Positions 38,740 through 51,338 of a stretch of 64,000 nucleotides of DNA are shown one piece after another. This stretch comes from Balanoglossus misakiensis. Its lineage: Eukaryota; Animalia; Hemichordata. Positions within the stretch are counted from its first letter, which is position 1, and the number at the start of each line of letters is the position of its first letter. A model generated the notes under the pieces. That model searched no databases and was not told the origin of the DNA. It saw nothing but the letters and a program-made list of their open reading frames with translations. Made by a program: the position numbers and the translations under genes. The stretch is taken from contig CM082577.2 of NCBI GenBank assembly GCA_040954595.2, positions 12,903,903 to 12,967,902 on the forward strand, given 5' to 3'.

Positions 38740-41700
38740 CACTGCAAATTCTGCAAAAACAAGCCGGTTTGTACTCAAGCCATTCGGGTTTGCTGACAAG
38801 CCACCTCGTCATACTTGCCGAAACTTCGGTATTTCCACAAGCCGCTAAATTTTCTGGTGTGTGCCAGCAAGCCAGTCAATGTTAGAAAAATGGTTTGTAA
38901 ATACGCCGCTGGACAACCTGTCTGGAATGGCTTATTATTAAGCCATTGAACAAAATCTCTGGTTTGCTCGCAAACTTTAGTGATACTTATGTCTGGCTCG
39001 AATTTGTACCATATTTAACCTTGGCTGCATTTTAAGCCGTTGGAGTTAGTGGTCGCTTTTCAAACCATAAAAAGATGTAAGTATGGTTTGAAAACACGCC
39101 ATGGAAAACTTTGCCGGGATGTGGTTCATATACACGCCACGCTGGGCACAATGTCTTGCGAAATACCCTGATTTGGCGCGCGAATGCAGGGTCAAAGGTT
39201 ATTTATTACACAACTACAACGTTTTGACGCGAGAGAAGACGGTCCACGGGTGAGGAAGCCGATCGAATCACGTCGTTCCCTTTATAAAATTCGTTCAGCG
39301 ATTTACAATGCACTCAACCTGTTCCTAAGGTAGAACCGAAATACCATATGCGTGGATAATTACTTTGGCACCGAGCATCGTTATGGAAGGATGACATCTG
39401 ATGACTTAGCAGTTGACCGCCAGCATCTACGAGACCGTTAACATAGAACAATGGCGGTTGGGGTAAGTCCTGCTTCCATTCCATTTTGTGACAGTAACTG
39501 CATTTTTGCGAGCAGTGAAGATAATACAAAATTAACAGGCCCGAATCCTGTATATACTGACTTGATCATGTGTTGATGATAGCTGAAAAGCATGTGAGAA
39601 GAAGTAATGTCAAAAGTTTGACAGCATAAAGTAGGGAGTGGGGCCCCAAAGGAATTTCATTATTCTTGCTATTTTCAGCCTCCATCCACGTTCATTTTTG
39701 TTTATGCATTTTTGTGAGCGAAGACGAGGCAAAGTATGTCACTATTAAAAGGCCTGAATCCTGTATATACTGCATTGATCATGTGTGGATGGTTACAAAA
39801 AAGTCTGAGCAAATCAAAAGAATTTTTTTAATGCAGCTCCGGAGTGGGGCCCTATAGAGCTATAGCCTAGGAATTTCACCATGCTTGCTATTGCCAGCCT
39901 ACATCCCCATTCATGTTTGTTTATGCATTTTTACTAGTCAAGATAATTCAAAATATGTAATAATATCTATACTGTATTGATCATTTGTAGATCGAGAGAT
40001 ATTTCAAATATATGAAGCTTCGAGTGGGGCTAGTGGCAGTGGAAGTCAACATTGGGGGGGGGGGGGGGGTAACCGCAATAAAAATATTGTTTTGTGTTCC
40101 AATACTATATCAATGGACACCCATAATATTTAAATCATTGGCTGAATAATTTTTTTTTGATAAACCATGATCTCGGACCACAGGATTATTTAACCCCTGC
40201 ATGCCTGCGATTTGTAACAATAATGATTCCTACTTTAATTGAACCCCAGATATTTGCATATGAATGAAATAAATGATCTTGGTTTTGCAGGAGTGGTGAT
40301 ACTGGTTATGGGAAGGAGCAGTTGTTATTTTATTAGGCACCACAAAAATATGAAAAGTCAACAAGTAGCATTTATGTTGAAGCATACACGGTATGTATAA
40401 TTAAGTAGAATTTTTTTTTTTAATATCCATTTTTGTCATCTGTTTTCTTTACAGTTTAGTTTGTATGGACTTCATTATAAAATACCAACCATGTGGTTAT
40501 AATTTCAGTATTGCATTTGGGAAGAGATTTTACTATTTTATGCTTAAAAACTAATTTTAAAGGAACATGCCTATCTGTATTTATTAATATAGTCCAGCTA
40601 TCATGTATGTAACATGTACTCAGTTATAGTCAAAGGAAACAATTCACTAAACTCTAGGTGCGAAATTTCATGCATTGCTCATTGAAACAATTTCATCTTG
40701 TTTGTTACATGCTGTGTATCTCATGGTTATGTTTGTGTTTCATGGTTGCTGCCTATAACATTAGGATGGCACCATATTGTAGTGTTGTATCGGTCAGTCT
40801 CATGTTCTCATATGGTTGCTGCCTATAACATTAGGATGGCACCATATCGTAGTGTTGTATCGGTCAGTCTCATGTTCTCATATGGTTGCTGCCTATAACA
40901 TTAGGATGGCACCATATCGTAGTGTTGTATCAATCAGTCTCATGTTCTCATATGGTTGCTGCCTATAACATTAGGATGGCACCATATCGTAGTGTTGTAT
41001 CGGTCAGTCTCATGTTCTCATATGGTTGCTGCCTATAACATTAGGATGGCACCATATCGTAGTGTTGTATCGGTCAGTCTCATGTTCTCATATGGTTGCT
41101 GCCTATAACATTAGGATGGCACCATATCGTAGTGTTGTATCGGTCAGTCTCATGTTCTTATATGGTTGCTGCCTATAACATTAGGATGGCACCATATCGT
41201 AGTGTTGTATCGGTCAGTCTCATGTTCTCATATGGTTGCTGCCTATAACATTAGGATGGCACCATATCGTAGTGTTGTATCGGTCAGTCTCATGTTCTTA
41301 TATGGTTGCTGCCTATAACATTAGGATGGCACCATATCGTAGTGTTTTGTGGTATGTGTGTCAGTCTCATGGTCATTCCCCATTGATAAATAGAGAGACA
41401 CTATCTTCTTTTGTTGAGAATGTCTCATACGAGTCATTGTCATATTTTCTTGTGTACATATGTGTTATGTGTTGTTTTCATGCTGGAAATTGTTTCTAAT
41501 GTACACTCATGTTAATTTCTAACAAGATTGTTTTCTCTTTTTGTTTTTCACTATTTGAGAGTGTTTCCCATTGAAAGAAGACAAAGTTTCATAGTAAGGA
41601 AGAAGATACTCAAGGCTACTGCCATGACTCCTATACTCAAATGCATATAAAGGAGGATTTAAAAGTACTTTTCCACACTTAATGGTGACTTTGAAATCTG

Positions 41701-43029
41701 TATTCATGTCAGTTTTGACAAACAATAGATTCAAAAAATGAGGCATTTTTGATGGATTGAAATGATTTTCCCTAACCACTTGAACGGAAAATGAGATAAA
41801 AGTTTTATTGTATATATTTTCTATCATTTATGGGGTTAATTCATTTGATTTACATAATACCATGTATTTACCATTGTTCCTTTTTTCTTACATTGTCATT
41901 ACAATAATAATGATTGACCAAAAAAGATCTTTCTCGGTGTGCTTTTTTGACAGGTTAACATACCATTGACTGTGGAGTACTAAGATGCTGCACATTATGA
42001 CACATGTTATGCTTCAAGACCAAGTTATTTAAGGGCATAGTAACTAACTTTGGGCTATTTTTTATGTATTTTTGTTCAGTGTATCGACTCCTTATTTCTG
42101 TTCTACTCCTTAAAGCATGATTAACTGCCCAGGTTCAGGATCTCAACTTTGTCCTTTGCAAATGAGTTCAGGTCTGGACTAAAATTCTGTTTTTTTTTGA
42201 CAATTGCTGATTGTACAATTATGGCAGTGTATAGAATCTAGTAAATGGCATTGCATCATGCTTTGGTGAGTTGAACAAGAAACTGCAGTCACTTGAAAGA
42301 GGAAAAATGCTAAAAATGTCCCAAATTTATAACTATAGCTTTTAGGTAAACAGAAGCAAAACATGCAATTCAAATTTTTGGCTTGCTTACAAACTGCATT
42401 CTGTGTAAGAATGGTTTGTATACATGCCAAAGCCCAAGCAGAGTGGCTGATTTTTAAACCACTGCTCAAGCATTCTCAGTTTGTCAGCAAACCAGGAAAT
42501 GCTAATTTTTGGTTTGCTGGCAAACTAAAGTGATTCATATTTGGTTTGCTAGCACACCAGTTTTAAGTAGAAGTTGGCTTTCAGACAAGCCAATGTAAAT
42601 TTTAAGGGTTTACGTACAACCCCCTTGTATTATTCGACGGTTTGTTGGCAAGCCATTGTTTTAGAAAGTGGCTTACATGCAAGCCATCATAATATATTCA
42701 TTGGTTTATATACAAACCCCTTAGATTTGTGATGGTTTGTTGACAAACCACTGGATAATGAATCGGTGTGTCTTCAAGCTCATTTGCTGAATAGAATGGC
42801 ATGCCAGCAAGCCATATTTCATTACTATGGTTGGCCAACACACCACTCATTAAACTTGCTGTGGTCTATCAGCAAGCCGGTAAGTTATATAAAGCGGCAA
42901 CTCAGCAAGCTAAATTCAAGCCAAAATCAAGCCAATTTTGAAGAAACGAAAGAAGCCGATTTGGACAAACAAGCCAGTTTGAATTTGGCTTGAATTTAGC
43001 TTGCAGGAAAGCCAGAAGAATTTGCAGTG
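38740..43029. mobile_element. CACTA/EnSpm-type non-autonomous DNA transposon, 4.3 kb
   Basis: aa|cactgcaaattct ... agaatttgcagtg|aa, a 2-bp TSD relative to empty site aaaatacaagtagg. Dense subterminal caagcc/ggcttg motifs at both ends. No transposase ORF seen. Confidence 0.85.
40742..41346. repeat. 70-bp minisatellite, ~8.6 copies, inside the CACTA element
   Basis: atggttgctgcctataacattaggatggcaccatatcgtagtgttgtatcggtcagtctcatgttctcat recurs at 40742, 40812, ... 41302. Confidence 0.95.
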
Positions 43030-44178
43030 AAGTAGGTTATAGTTTAATGAAGATTTTCGCAACTTTTACTCGATTTCGAATTTTATGGGAAAGAAATATC
43101 GTTGTTTTCTAATCTGCAGCATCTTTCGACCTAACTACCACATGGAATGATATGGTGGGTGCAAACCAGCTATGTGAAAAGCTTGGGTTGCGTCTTCTAA
43201 CTGACACCACTGACTGGAGAATCAAGCAGTACTGTGCGTCCCTTGGGTGCCATGAAGTGCCTGCTCGGGGTGTATGGATTGATGCTACCATCACGGCAGA
43301 TGGCACTGTGAAGACAGGCAGTGGTTTGATATTGGAACACACGCATTTTGCTCCCAACCAGCCTCTCGAAGCCGGATCGTGTATTAGAATCACGTGAGTC
43401 GATGTCTGTTCACGCTATTTTCCACAATGCCCAACAATAGACATAGTTTTATCATTGCTTTCATGGCGTTAACTGTTAAGGCGTTGGAACTTCCGAGATT
43501 ACATGGCAGTTTACTGATTTGAATATCTGTGTATTGCTACGTTTTCCTATCCCAAAGATTACACTCAATTGCTAAAAAATCACTTTGCACTGTTTCTGGT
43601 AATTTGTCAAGTTTGAGTATTATGTTTTGGTAACTCGCTGTATCTGCTTTATCGTCTAAATTGCAAAGCACAATTTGAACATGGAACTTTACAGCTAACG
43701 CTGATTGCAATTTCGTACCAACCCCGGCCGTACAGCATAATAGAAGGTGGATGTAGGAAATTTATCAGAACCGTGTCCATTACCAAATTTTACTCTTAAA
43801 ATTCAAAGTACAGTAATTATTGTAGACATTGTAAACTTCAATAAGCGTTGAATATCTTTATACAGGTGTACTACAGCTACATGTTTATGGAAAACTGAAC
43901 CTTGTAAAACATACCGGTATGTTGTTTGCGAGGATAGCGGTAAGTATTTGATAAATCTCGTTCATAAATGTTTCTTTTCCTATATATTTGACTGTCTGTG
44001 TAGTTTTGTGGTATGAACACATACACCAAATGCCACTAAAATCGGAATGTAGACAAATGCGTACGCGTACATTTATCCGCGCGAAAGGGAGTCACATTGG
44101 AAATATCCAAATGTATAATGGACCATTAATTTTTTGCTTTCGATAAATGGATAATTGAAATGAAAGTTGTATTAATCA

Positions 44179-44453
44179 TTATATTATACCAGTATATTGA
44201 TGGTGTAAATCACGCTATTTTATTGGTCGAGACACGACACGTGACTGTGATATATTCGTCACATACCACAGTCATATATCACGCAAAACTCATAGTCAAA
44301 GAAAATGCCTTTTTAAAATATTTAATGCAAAGTTTAAATATACTGGTATAATATAATAACTCCATATACGAACTCGCTATCGCTCGTGCGTATATGTCGT
44401 GAACTGGTCAAAATCTCGTGGTATACCATGGCTGGGGGTGTTTTATTGCTTAA
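44179..44453 (+). mobile_element. Small non-coding Crypton-like element (asymmetric IR plus partial hairpin)
   Basis: Copy-E-specific (empty site gtattaatcatcaacgtg). Begins ttatattata, like the Crypton. IR atattataccagtatatt / aatatactggtataatat (44337-44354), then catatacgaac-tc-gc-tatc-gc-tc-gtgcgtatatg. Confidence 0.65.
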
Positions 44454-45240
44454 TCAACGTGTTCGTGGCGTAAGCAGATGAGATAATGCACGTATATATG
44501 GACACAATTAATTGAAATTCGGCGTATTGTCTTGCACATTTGATTTCCACGTATGTTAAATGGTCTGCTTTAATGCCCTGTCTACACCAAGTGCTTAACC
44601 CAGCATAAGGGGGCTCCGAAGTACATCTCGATATGGTCACATTTTATTACTCTCAAACTTCGCAAGTTCGAGAGTAAGTATGCAAATAATAAATAACGCA
44701 TGAACTTACTATCAAATATGACTACCATAAGCCGAAAAGGGAAAGGAAATGAATAAACAAGTTACTCCAGGAAATGGATGAATTGAGACAAAGGTTGTTG
44801 ACAATGGGGTTTACGTCATAACCTGGGGAGATTTTGTTGAAGTATTTTTGTTGGATTTTTATTGAAATTTTGCATTGACTGGAAAACGTGTCTTCCGGGA
44901 GAACGTGTTATATATTCAGTATTACTTTAAGTCATAATTGTCTTTAAATTGATGAAATAAAATTCAAACTTTGCCATCTCTCACATTATCTGCACTTTAC
45001 CTTTGTAACATCCAGATGATGACTTACTTCTGCTGCGGGAGAGGTTGGTCAAGATAAGTGACGTTGAATTCAGAACAGCGGATGTGGTAAGAAAGGTTCA
45101 AAATATTTGAAACTGATGTAATGCACTGTATTGTATAAAGCCACAAGTTAGCGAAATCCACTTTAGACACAGAACATTTTTGACAACTAATGCTACGTTC
45201 TAAATAATTTCACATAATGCTATAAGCCACATACTATGTA

Positions 45241-46514
45241 CCTCAAAATTCAAAATAGCTGCAACAACCGCCAAACTAGAAAAACCGTATTTCTTTGATA
45301 CCGACAACATGCTATCTCTAAAATTGTAACAACGTCACAATTTAGTAGACAAAGAGGCGCCCCATCCAAATGGCGCAGTTGAAGTAGTGCGCGTTAAGAG
45401 AGACGTGAACAGAAAGGGGTAAGAGACTCAACTCGAACACGGATGACGAGAGTTGTTTAGCGTGTCGAATGCTTCTCTACGAAGCTCGTAGTTACCTTCT
45501 GACCGGGACATTTGCGCATGAACGGACTGGGTTCCTCCCGATGGGTTCTTGCCGATTGCCGCACGCCGGCAGGTATGAAAGTGCAGGACGTTGATACACC
45601 GGCCGGCTACACCGCTCCCAACATGACCAGCTCCATGCCACTTTGAGCTGCACCGCAGTTGGATATCCCACCCCAGCTGCCGGACAGCATATGAAGGTGT
45701 CTGAGGCCTTTTCTAGTCAAAATGTTCACGTTTATAACGTTGGGGTTTTCAGAATGGAAAATATACTACTAAATATATACTAATCATGAACGCCTACCAA
45801 ACACGTTGAAAAAGCCAGATCTGAAAAAATTTCACGTGGCGTCCGCCGATGGGCGCGATGACGTGTCAACATTATTTTTCAAACAATGTAACCTGTCACG
45901 CTGAGTTCATAATTTGCTGCCACAAACAACAAGTTCACGCGTAGGTCGAGACATTTCTCAAGCGGCTGGGTGATCACTGCAAGGTTAGTGGCGGCCTCGC
46001 ACGCCCGAATTTGCCACAAAACTATCAGTCCACACAGAAATGCGGTTCAAACTCTTCCGTCGTATTTATTTGAACAACACAAATTCAGAATACAACACGG
46101 CAGTTTGGTACGTCATCTCTATCCTACACTGCTAATTCTCATCTCAATCGTCTCTCTTCGCAATATGTCGATTCTCTAAAAGAAAGTTCAACAGACAGGA
46201 TACACTGCAACCCGCGGAACTAGTAATTTACGTCGGTGCTTCAGAGGAATCTAGAGACCTGATGAAGTGGGGGATCAGTCCGTTCAAGCGTTAATGTCCC
46301 AGTCAGAAGGTAACTACGAGCTTCGTAGAGCAGCATTCGACACGCTAAACAACTCTCGTCGTCCGTGTTCGAGTTGACATGTCTCTCTCAACTGGGCGCA
46401 ATTTGTCTACTCAATTATGACGTTGTTACTATTTTAGAGATAACGCCTTGTTGGCATCAAAGAAATACGGTGTTTCTAGTTTGGCGGTTGTTGCAGCTAT
46501 TTTGAATTCTGTGG
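45241..46514. mobile_element. Long-TIR TA-flanked element (paralogue of 29264-30511)
   Basis: Same TIRs and internal sequence, at the same intron-6 site, in copy E. Confidence 0.7.
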
Positions 46515-47798
46515 TAATTGTCTTTACACATATATTAAAGGTCACTATGTGATATAACTATTTTGTGACAACTAAAGCTTCATACTAAATAATTCTACAT
46601 AGGGCTATAAAGCCACATACTAAATAATTATCTTTTTTTTTCCAGGGTATTAGTGTAATTGACAAGTTGGACACTGTAACCTCTGACCTTTCAAATGAAA
46701 GTGTCATATTTGAAGGAAGAATTCTATTTGCAAAAGGTATTGTGATATTTGTTGTTTAAATCAAGATGATTCTGTGACATCTGTTTATATCCATCACATT
46801 CAATATCATCCAATGATGTAAAAACGATATTGGTATCAGACGCAGAAAAAATAGCACCTTGCAATTATAAAGCTTACCGAAAATGCGTCAACTAAAGTTC
46901 GTTTGTTTCCACAAATCATGCAAATTATTGGTGACCGTCAAATATCTTACATGTAGCCTAGAGAAACTTCGAGCATTGGACGTGTCCAACTGTTGCATGA
47001 TACGCTGAATTAGAAGTAGGATAGGATAGTCTGGTCCACTGACCTTTAGCGTAGCGCAGCCAGCGGTGGGATTGGGGCAGGGGACCAGACTAAAGGATCG
47101 GACTCCATTGTCTCGTCATCATATTTTCAAATGGATTCAAGAAATGAAACTCATTCCATAACCTTCGGGCATTGGTGTAAGGCCGAGAAAGACAGTCAGG
47201 CAGAGTGGGGTAGTTTTAAATGCCAGTGTTTACATATTTCAGAAACACTGAATGTCATGCAAATAGTGATAGACAGAATGCAGTCCCTAATTGACGCCAA
47301 TCCGAACCAGAGGCTGAATCCCGGGCAGGCAAATCACCTGACAAAGAAAACAACAAAAGTATTCCACCAGTTATCAATGTTTATACTGAACGAGACTACT
47401 TGTGGGCATGGACCAATCATCGCGAGAACTTCTTCTCTTGTTCTACATCTGGAAAAGAACTTTGTGCCCTACTTGAGCAACGTCACCATAATGATTGGAG
47501 ATGGAAGTGGATTCAGTATTCCACCTGCAGACAGTATGTTTCCACAATTGTCGCGGGACACAGTCTTGAACAGAATGGTCCGTATGCAACTTCGATAATA
47601 ATAAGAAAATTATCACGTTTCTTTATATCAATCATTGCTCTATTCTTGTATATGGATATTTGTATAACTATTTGCCGCCAGTTAACTTTAATGTGATGTC
47701 CTGGGAGGCTGTCAGTTTTTTTATGAGAGGAACTTTAGGCTGAAATATGTGTTGTGTCATGCACCCGTTGTCATTTTCTTTTACAAAATAAGACCTTA

Positions 47799-48172
47799 GG
47801 CCAGTGAGAAAAAAAATCTTGTTCATCGGATTTTTTGGACCCAGTTCTAGGAGCGGCGAGAGATAATTTTTATTTTTATTTTTTTAAGGCTGAATCTCTG
47901 GCATATTTGCACAGATGCAGTAAAGGCGAGATAATTGTTTCCCTTTTTACGAGAAATATCTCAGACAAAAACACTGATACATGTACTTGTAACTCAATTC
48001 AATACTATATTTCCCAACACTAGGCCATTACATTTACAGTTGGTGTTTGCACAACATATTCTGGCCACCAGCTGCAGTAGAATTTGCCGAGATCAAAAAA
48101 AAATAATAATTCCAAATCAGCCAAAGTAGAAGCGGCGATTCCGATGAACAATTTATTTTTTTCTTCCTGGCC
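47799..48172. mobile_element. PIF/Harbinger-type MITE (TTA TSD)
   Basis: tta|ggccagtgagaaaaaaaatcttgttcatcgga ... tccgatgaacaatttattttttcttcctggcc|tta. Empty site aagaccttaaacat in B-D. Confidence 0.8.
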
Positions 48173-49447
48173 TTAAACATTTCTTATATGTATGATCTTT
48201 GGTTTAATGTAGAATTCTGTTGTTGTCATAATTCGTTCTGGTGCTCGGGGAATAATTTAAGTTTACTAAGTTTTTTTTTACGTTTAGATTTTCCGTTTCG
48301 GTGGGAACCCTCACGGGTTGGCAAATAGGACTCATGGCTTCACTACCGATATACTGTCCCTGGAATTCAGAGATGAAGATGGTAATGAGATGAAAGGTTG
48401 GTTTTCATTAAGGTGGTATCCTTACATTCACATGGAACTCTCAATATTTTACCAGTTAACTTCACACCATTTAAACCGGAAATTCCTTTACATAGAAACC
48501 CAGCGACATAACTTATATAAACATACAATCTTGGAGGGCAGAAGTCGATTAATAACCAATTTGTGAATTTAGTTTTGACATCAGCGTAAATTATTATTGA
48601 AAATGTTGCTTTTCAGTGAAACTTGCATCAGAGGATCTCGGTGTATGGCTTGGTAATTATCAGACACCTGCATCGTCAGGGGATTATACGTGGAAAGAGA
48701 AGAAGTCACTCACTATGCATTGACAGTAACGGTAATCTTCACATACTATAAAATTATGAAGTGCACTAATCATTGCATTTTTTTCTGATCTTGTCTGTAA
48801 CATATTCCCATTTGATCATCTATCATTATAGAATGATAAATAATTTGCGTCATTGTTACTTAGGTATCGCTAGAGCGATACGCAGCTTGCGGTTACCAGC
48901 CTACGGCTTTAATATCAATTTCCTCGACATCATTTACAGTGGACATGGTCATAAATTTCGATTTATCTATAGTTGTTTGACCTATAAGTTAAGACACTCT
49001 GAAATGGGTATACAAGACATTGGTGCCATTTCAAACACAGTGTTATCGTTTACCTCACTAATTTCATTGTGTTAACTTTATCTCAATTTCGCATTTTTTT
49101 CGTTGTAGGCGCTATCGGCCTACTCTGCATTTCAAATCATCGTGGAAGCATCAGTGCCTGTCTTCGAGACTACTACAGCATACGTGTCACTGGAAAGACT
49201 TGACGCCGTCGGTGGCCACAGTGGTTCCCATTATGTAACTGAGTTGGTATTTGCAGGGTGTACAGCATCCATATTTCTACCAGAAGCAAAGGTCACCAGG
49301 ACGGGCTTGTATTACATAGTCTTTGACCTTACCAGTGGTAAGATTGTAGTATTGTTTTTTTATTGATTTCATTAAGAGCTGCCACGTTTTGCATTTTTTC
49401 GTGATTTTTACCTCGTGTGATGATAGCAAGGTAGTGTTTCGCCACTT

Positions 49448-49997
49448 CCGTTTTTCTCAGTTTGCATTTTCGCTGCTCTTGACAACTTCAGACGAAAATA
49501 GCTTCGCTTTGCGTTGGCCGAATTTGCTCAAATTTTAACTGGGGATTGTGTATGACCCATCCAACAAAACGGTATTTTTGTTAGTCGATAAAGTGTCCCT
49601 GGCGGGAATAAACTCTGATTCAATACAACTCACCGTGAATTTGATCAAATTTTACTAAAAATCTAACTTTCAAACGCTGTTACTCCTCAATGGAAGCAGA
49701 TAACGCAAAACAAAATTAACATTTTTTTGCACGTGTACTCTAGTTTCTAATGACATATTAAGATGCATGATGCATGGTCAACTAATTTACCTATTTTAAA
49801 TTTCATGACATAATATCAAAAAATGTTTTTTTTCACCCAAAATCGCCACCATTTCCGGGGATCAATAATATTTGCAACTCAAACAAAAGTTCAAAATCTC
49901 AGCTTCCAGAATATATATGGTTTATGGGGTTTTTAACTTTGTCTTTGATGAGAAATAGGCCTCTGAAAAAGTCTCGACGGTTTCATGCAATGCCACC
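49448..49997. mobile_element. Left-truncated copy of the Kolobok element at 6140-6860
   Basis: Near-identical to ~6324-6860 and ends tgcaatgccacc|ttaa. The left end and adjacent intron-11 sequence are deleted. Confidence 0.85.
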
Positions 49998-51338
49998 TTA
50001 AATTTAAATGAAATAGGTGGAAGAAACCGAAGTTAGTTCTCTTATTCGTTTTCTCTACAGCCCATGGGGTTGGCATCAAGGTCCTCACTACTCAACACAG
50101 ATGTAGCTACTTTGATGAGACTAACTGGCAAAATGATGGTTGTAAGGTATAAACGCCTTTCTTCCAATTTTGCAATAATTGATATGCTCCCTGTACTTAC
50201 AAGCGATGAAACTAAAGACAAGTGACTATTGTTGTGATTTTAGCGGATACTGTGGATAAATATGCAACAAAAACTTAAAATGCAGAAGGTACTGCACCTT
50301 ACGATTAATGCTGACACGTGGAAACTATTGTTAACTTAATTAGCACTGATGTATGTGAGGACGCTTTTCCATTATACATTATAGCTGGGACGTAAACCAA
50401 GTGTTTGATCTTGTTTGAAATTCACTTGCAGAGAAACGCCCACTGCTGTGTCAGTATGTATTTTGTCAGCTTGTTATCTTGCAGGTGTGACCAACATCCG
50501 ACTTCAATTCTACCCTGTGTCTATGTAATCACCTGACTGCTTTCAGTGCAATCTGATGGACGATGCCACGTTTAATACAGGGCGTCCGTTTGGTCTACAG
50601 AATTGACAAATTAAGCTTATGGAACGAGTTCTAAAGTAATAATGTACCATTCAAAATGTGTTCGTGTTTTTAAATTTCTTTAATATAATCTTTATGAAGT
50701 TTTGGCAATAGATTTGTGGTGATAATGCATTAAATGTGAAAAGAATAGCATTTAGCTAGAAGTGCCAAAAAACTTGTCCGAAAGAGAAGCGATAGGTTGA
50801 GTGCGTCTATGATTGATTTGTTTATATAGTACGATGTAATTGATACATTTCTTGGTAATCTGCCAGAATAGGATATACATGTATTTCAATATTTCTGTTT
50901 TGTAATAGCTAGTACTGTCACTTGCCACTGTAATGACCCGTAATTTCACTTGTCATTAATTCGTGGAGTTATAGTATTCTGAAAAAATTGTATGTGTTTG
51001 CCATGGATTGCTCTGGATTATTCTGGTTGACATTAAAGCGTACACTTACTGTGTACTATGGCGCCGTTTCCCCACGAATTAAATTACAATTCATTTGATG
51101 AAACTCTTTTCCACAATTTCCACCCGTGTTTTGGGCAAAAAACAACGCGCCAGTTATGCATATTTTTCCCCGTATAACTGAACCCAAACGTAAGAAATAT
51201 GCAAAATCAACTGGACTTAACTTTTCCTTTGAGAAAAACTATCACAGAAATCACGAATTATCATGACCATCACCACAAACTACTTATACGATTATTTGTA
51301 AATGTATCCTAATTCTGACCAAAAATGGTTAATTAACA

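Larger units (their letters stand above)
36255..50575 (+). pseudogene. Copy E: disrupted CTL-CTL-GAIN/GPS paralogue
   Basis: All 13 exons are recognisable (36255-36366, 36488-36761, 38678-38739, 43120-43393, 43866-43939, 45016-45086, 46646-46736, 47243-47577, 48288-48396, 48617-48731, 49109-49337, 50061-50146, 50485-~50575). Lesions: a 4.3 kb insertion at the exon-3 donor, a 10-nt deletion in exon 10 (cagacacct^gcatc), TCA>TGA at codon 2 of exon 13, and a deletion after the GPS. Confidence 0.85.

Noticed and set aside
40742-41346. Regular repeat resembling a CRISPR array
   Set aside because: Whole 70-bp units are near-identical with no unique spacers, there are no cas genes, and the context is eukaryotic. 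It is a minisatellite.
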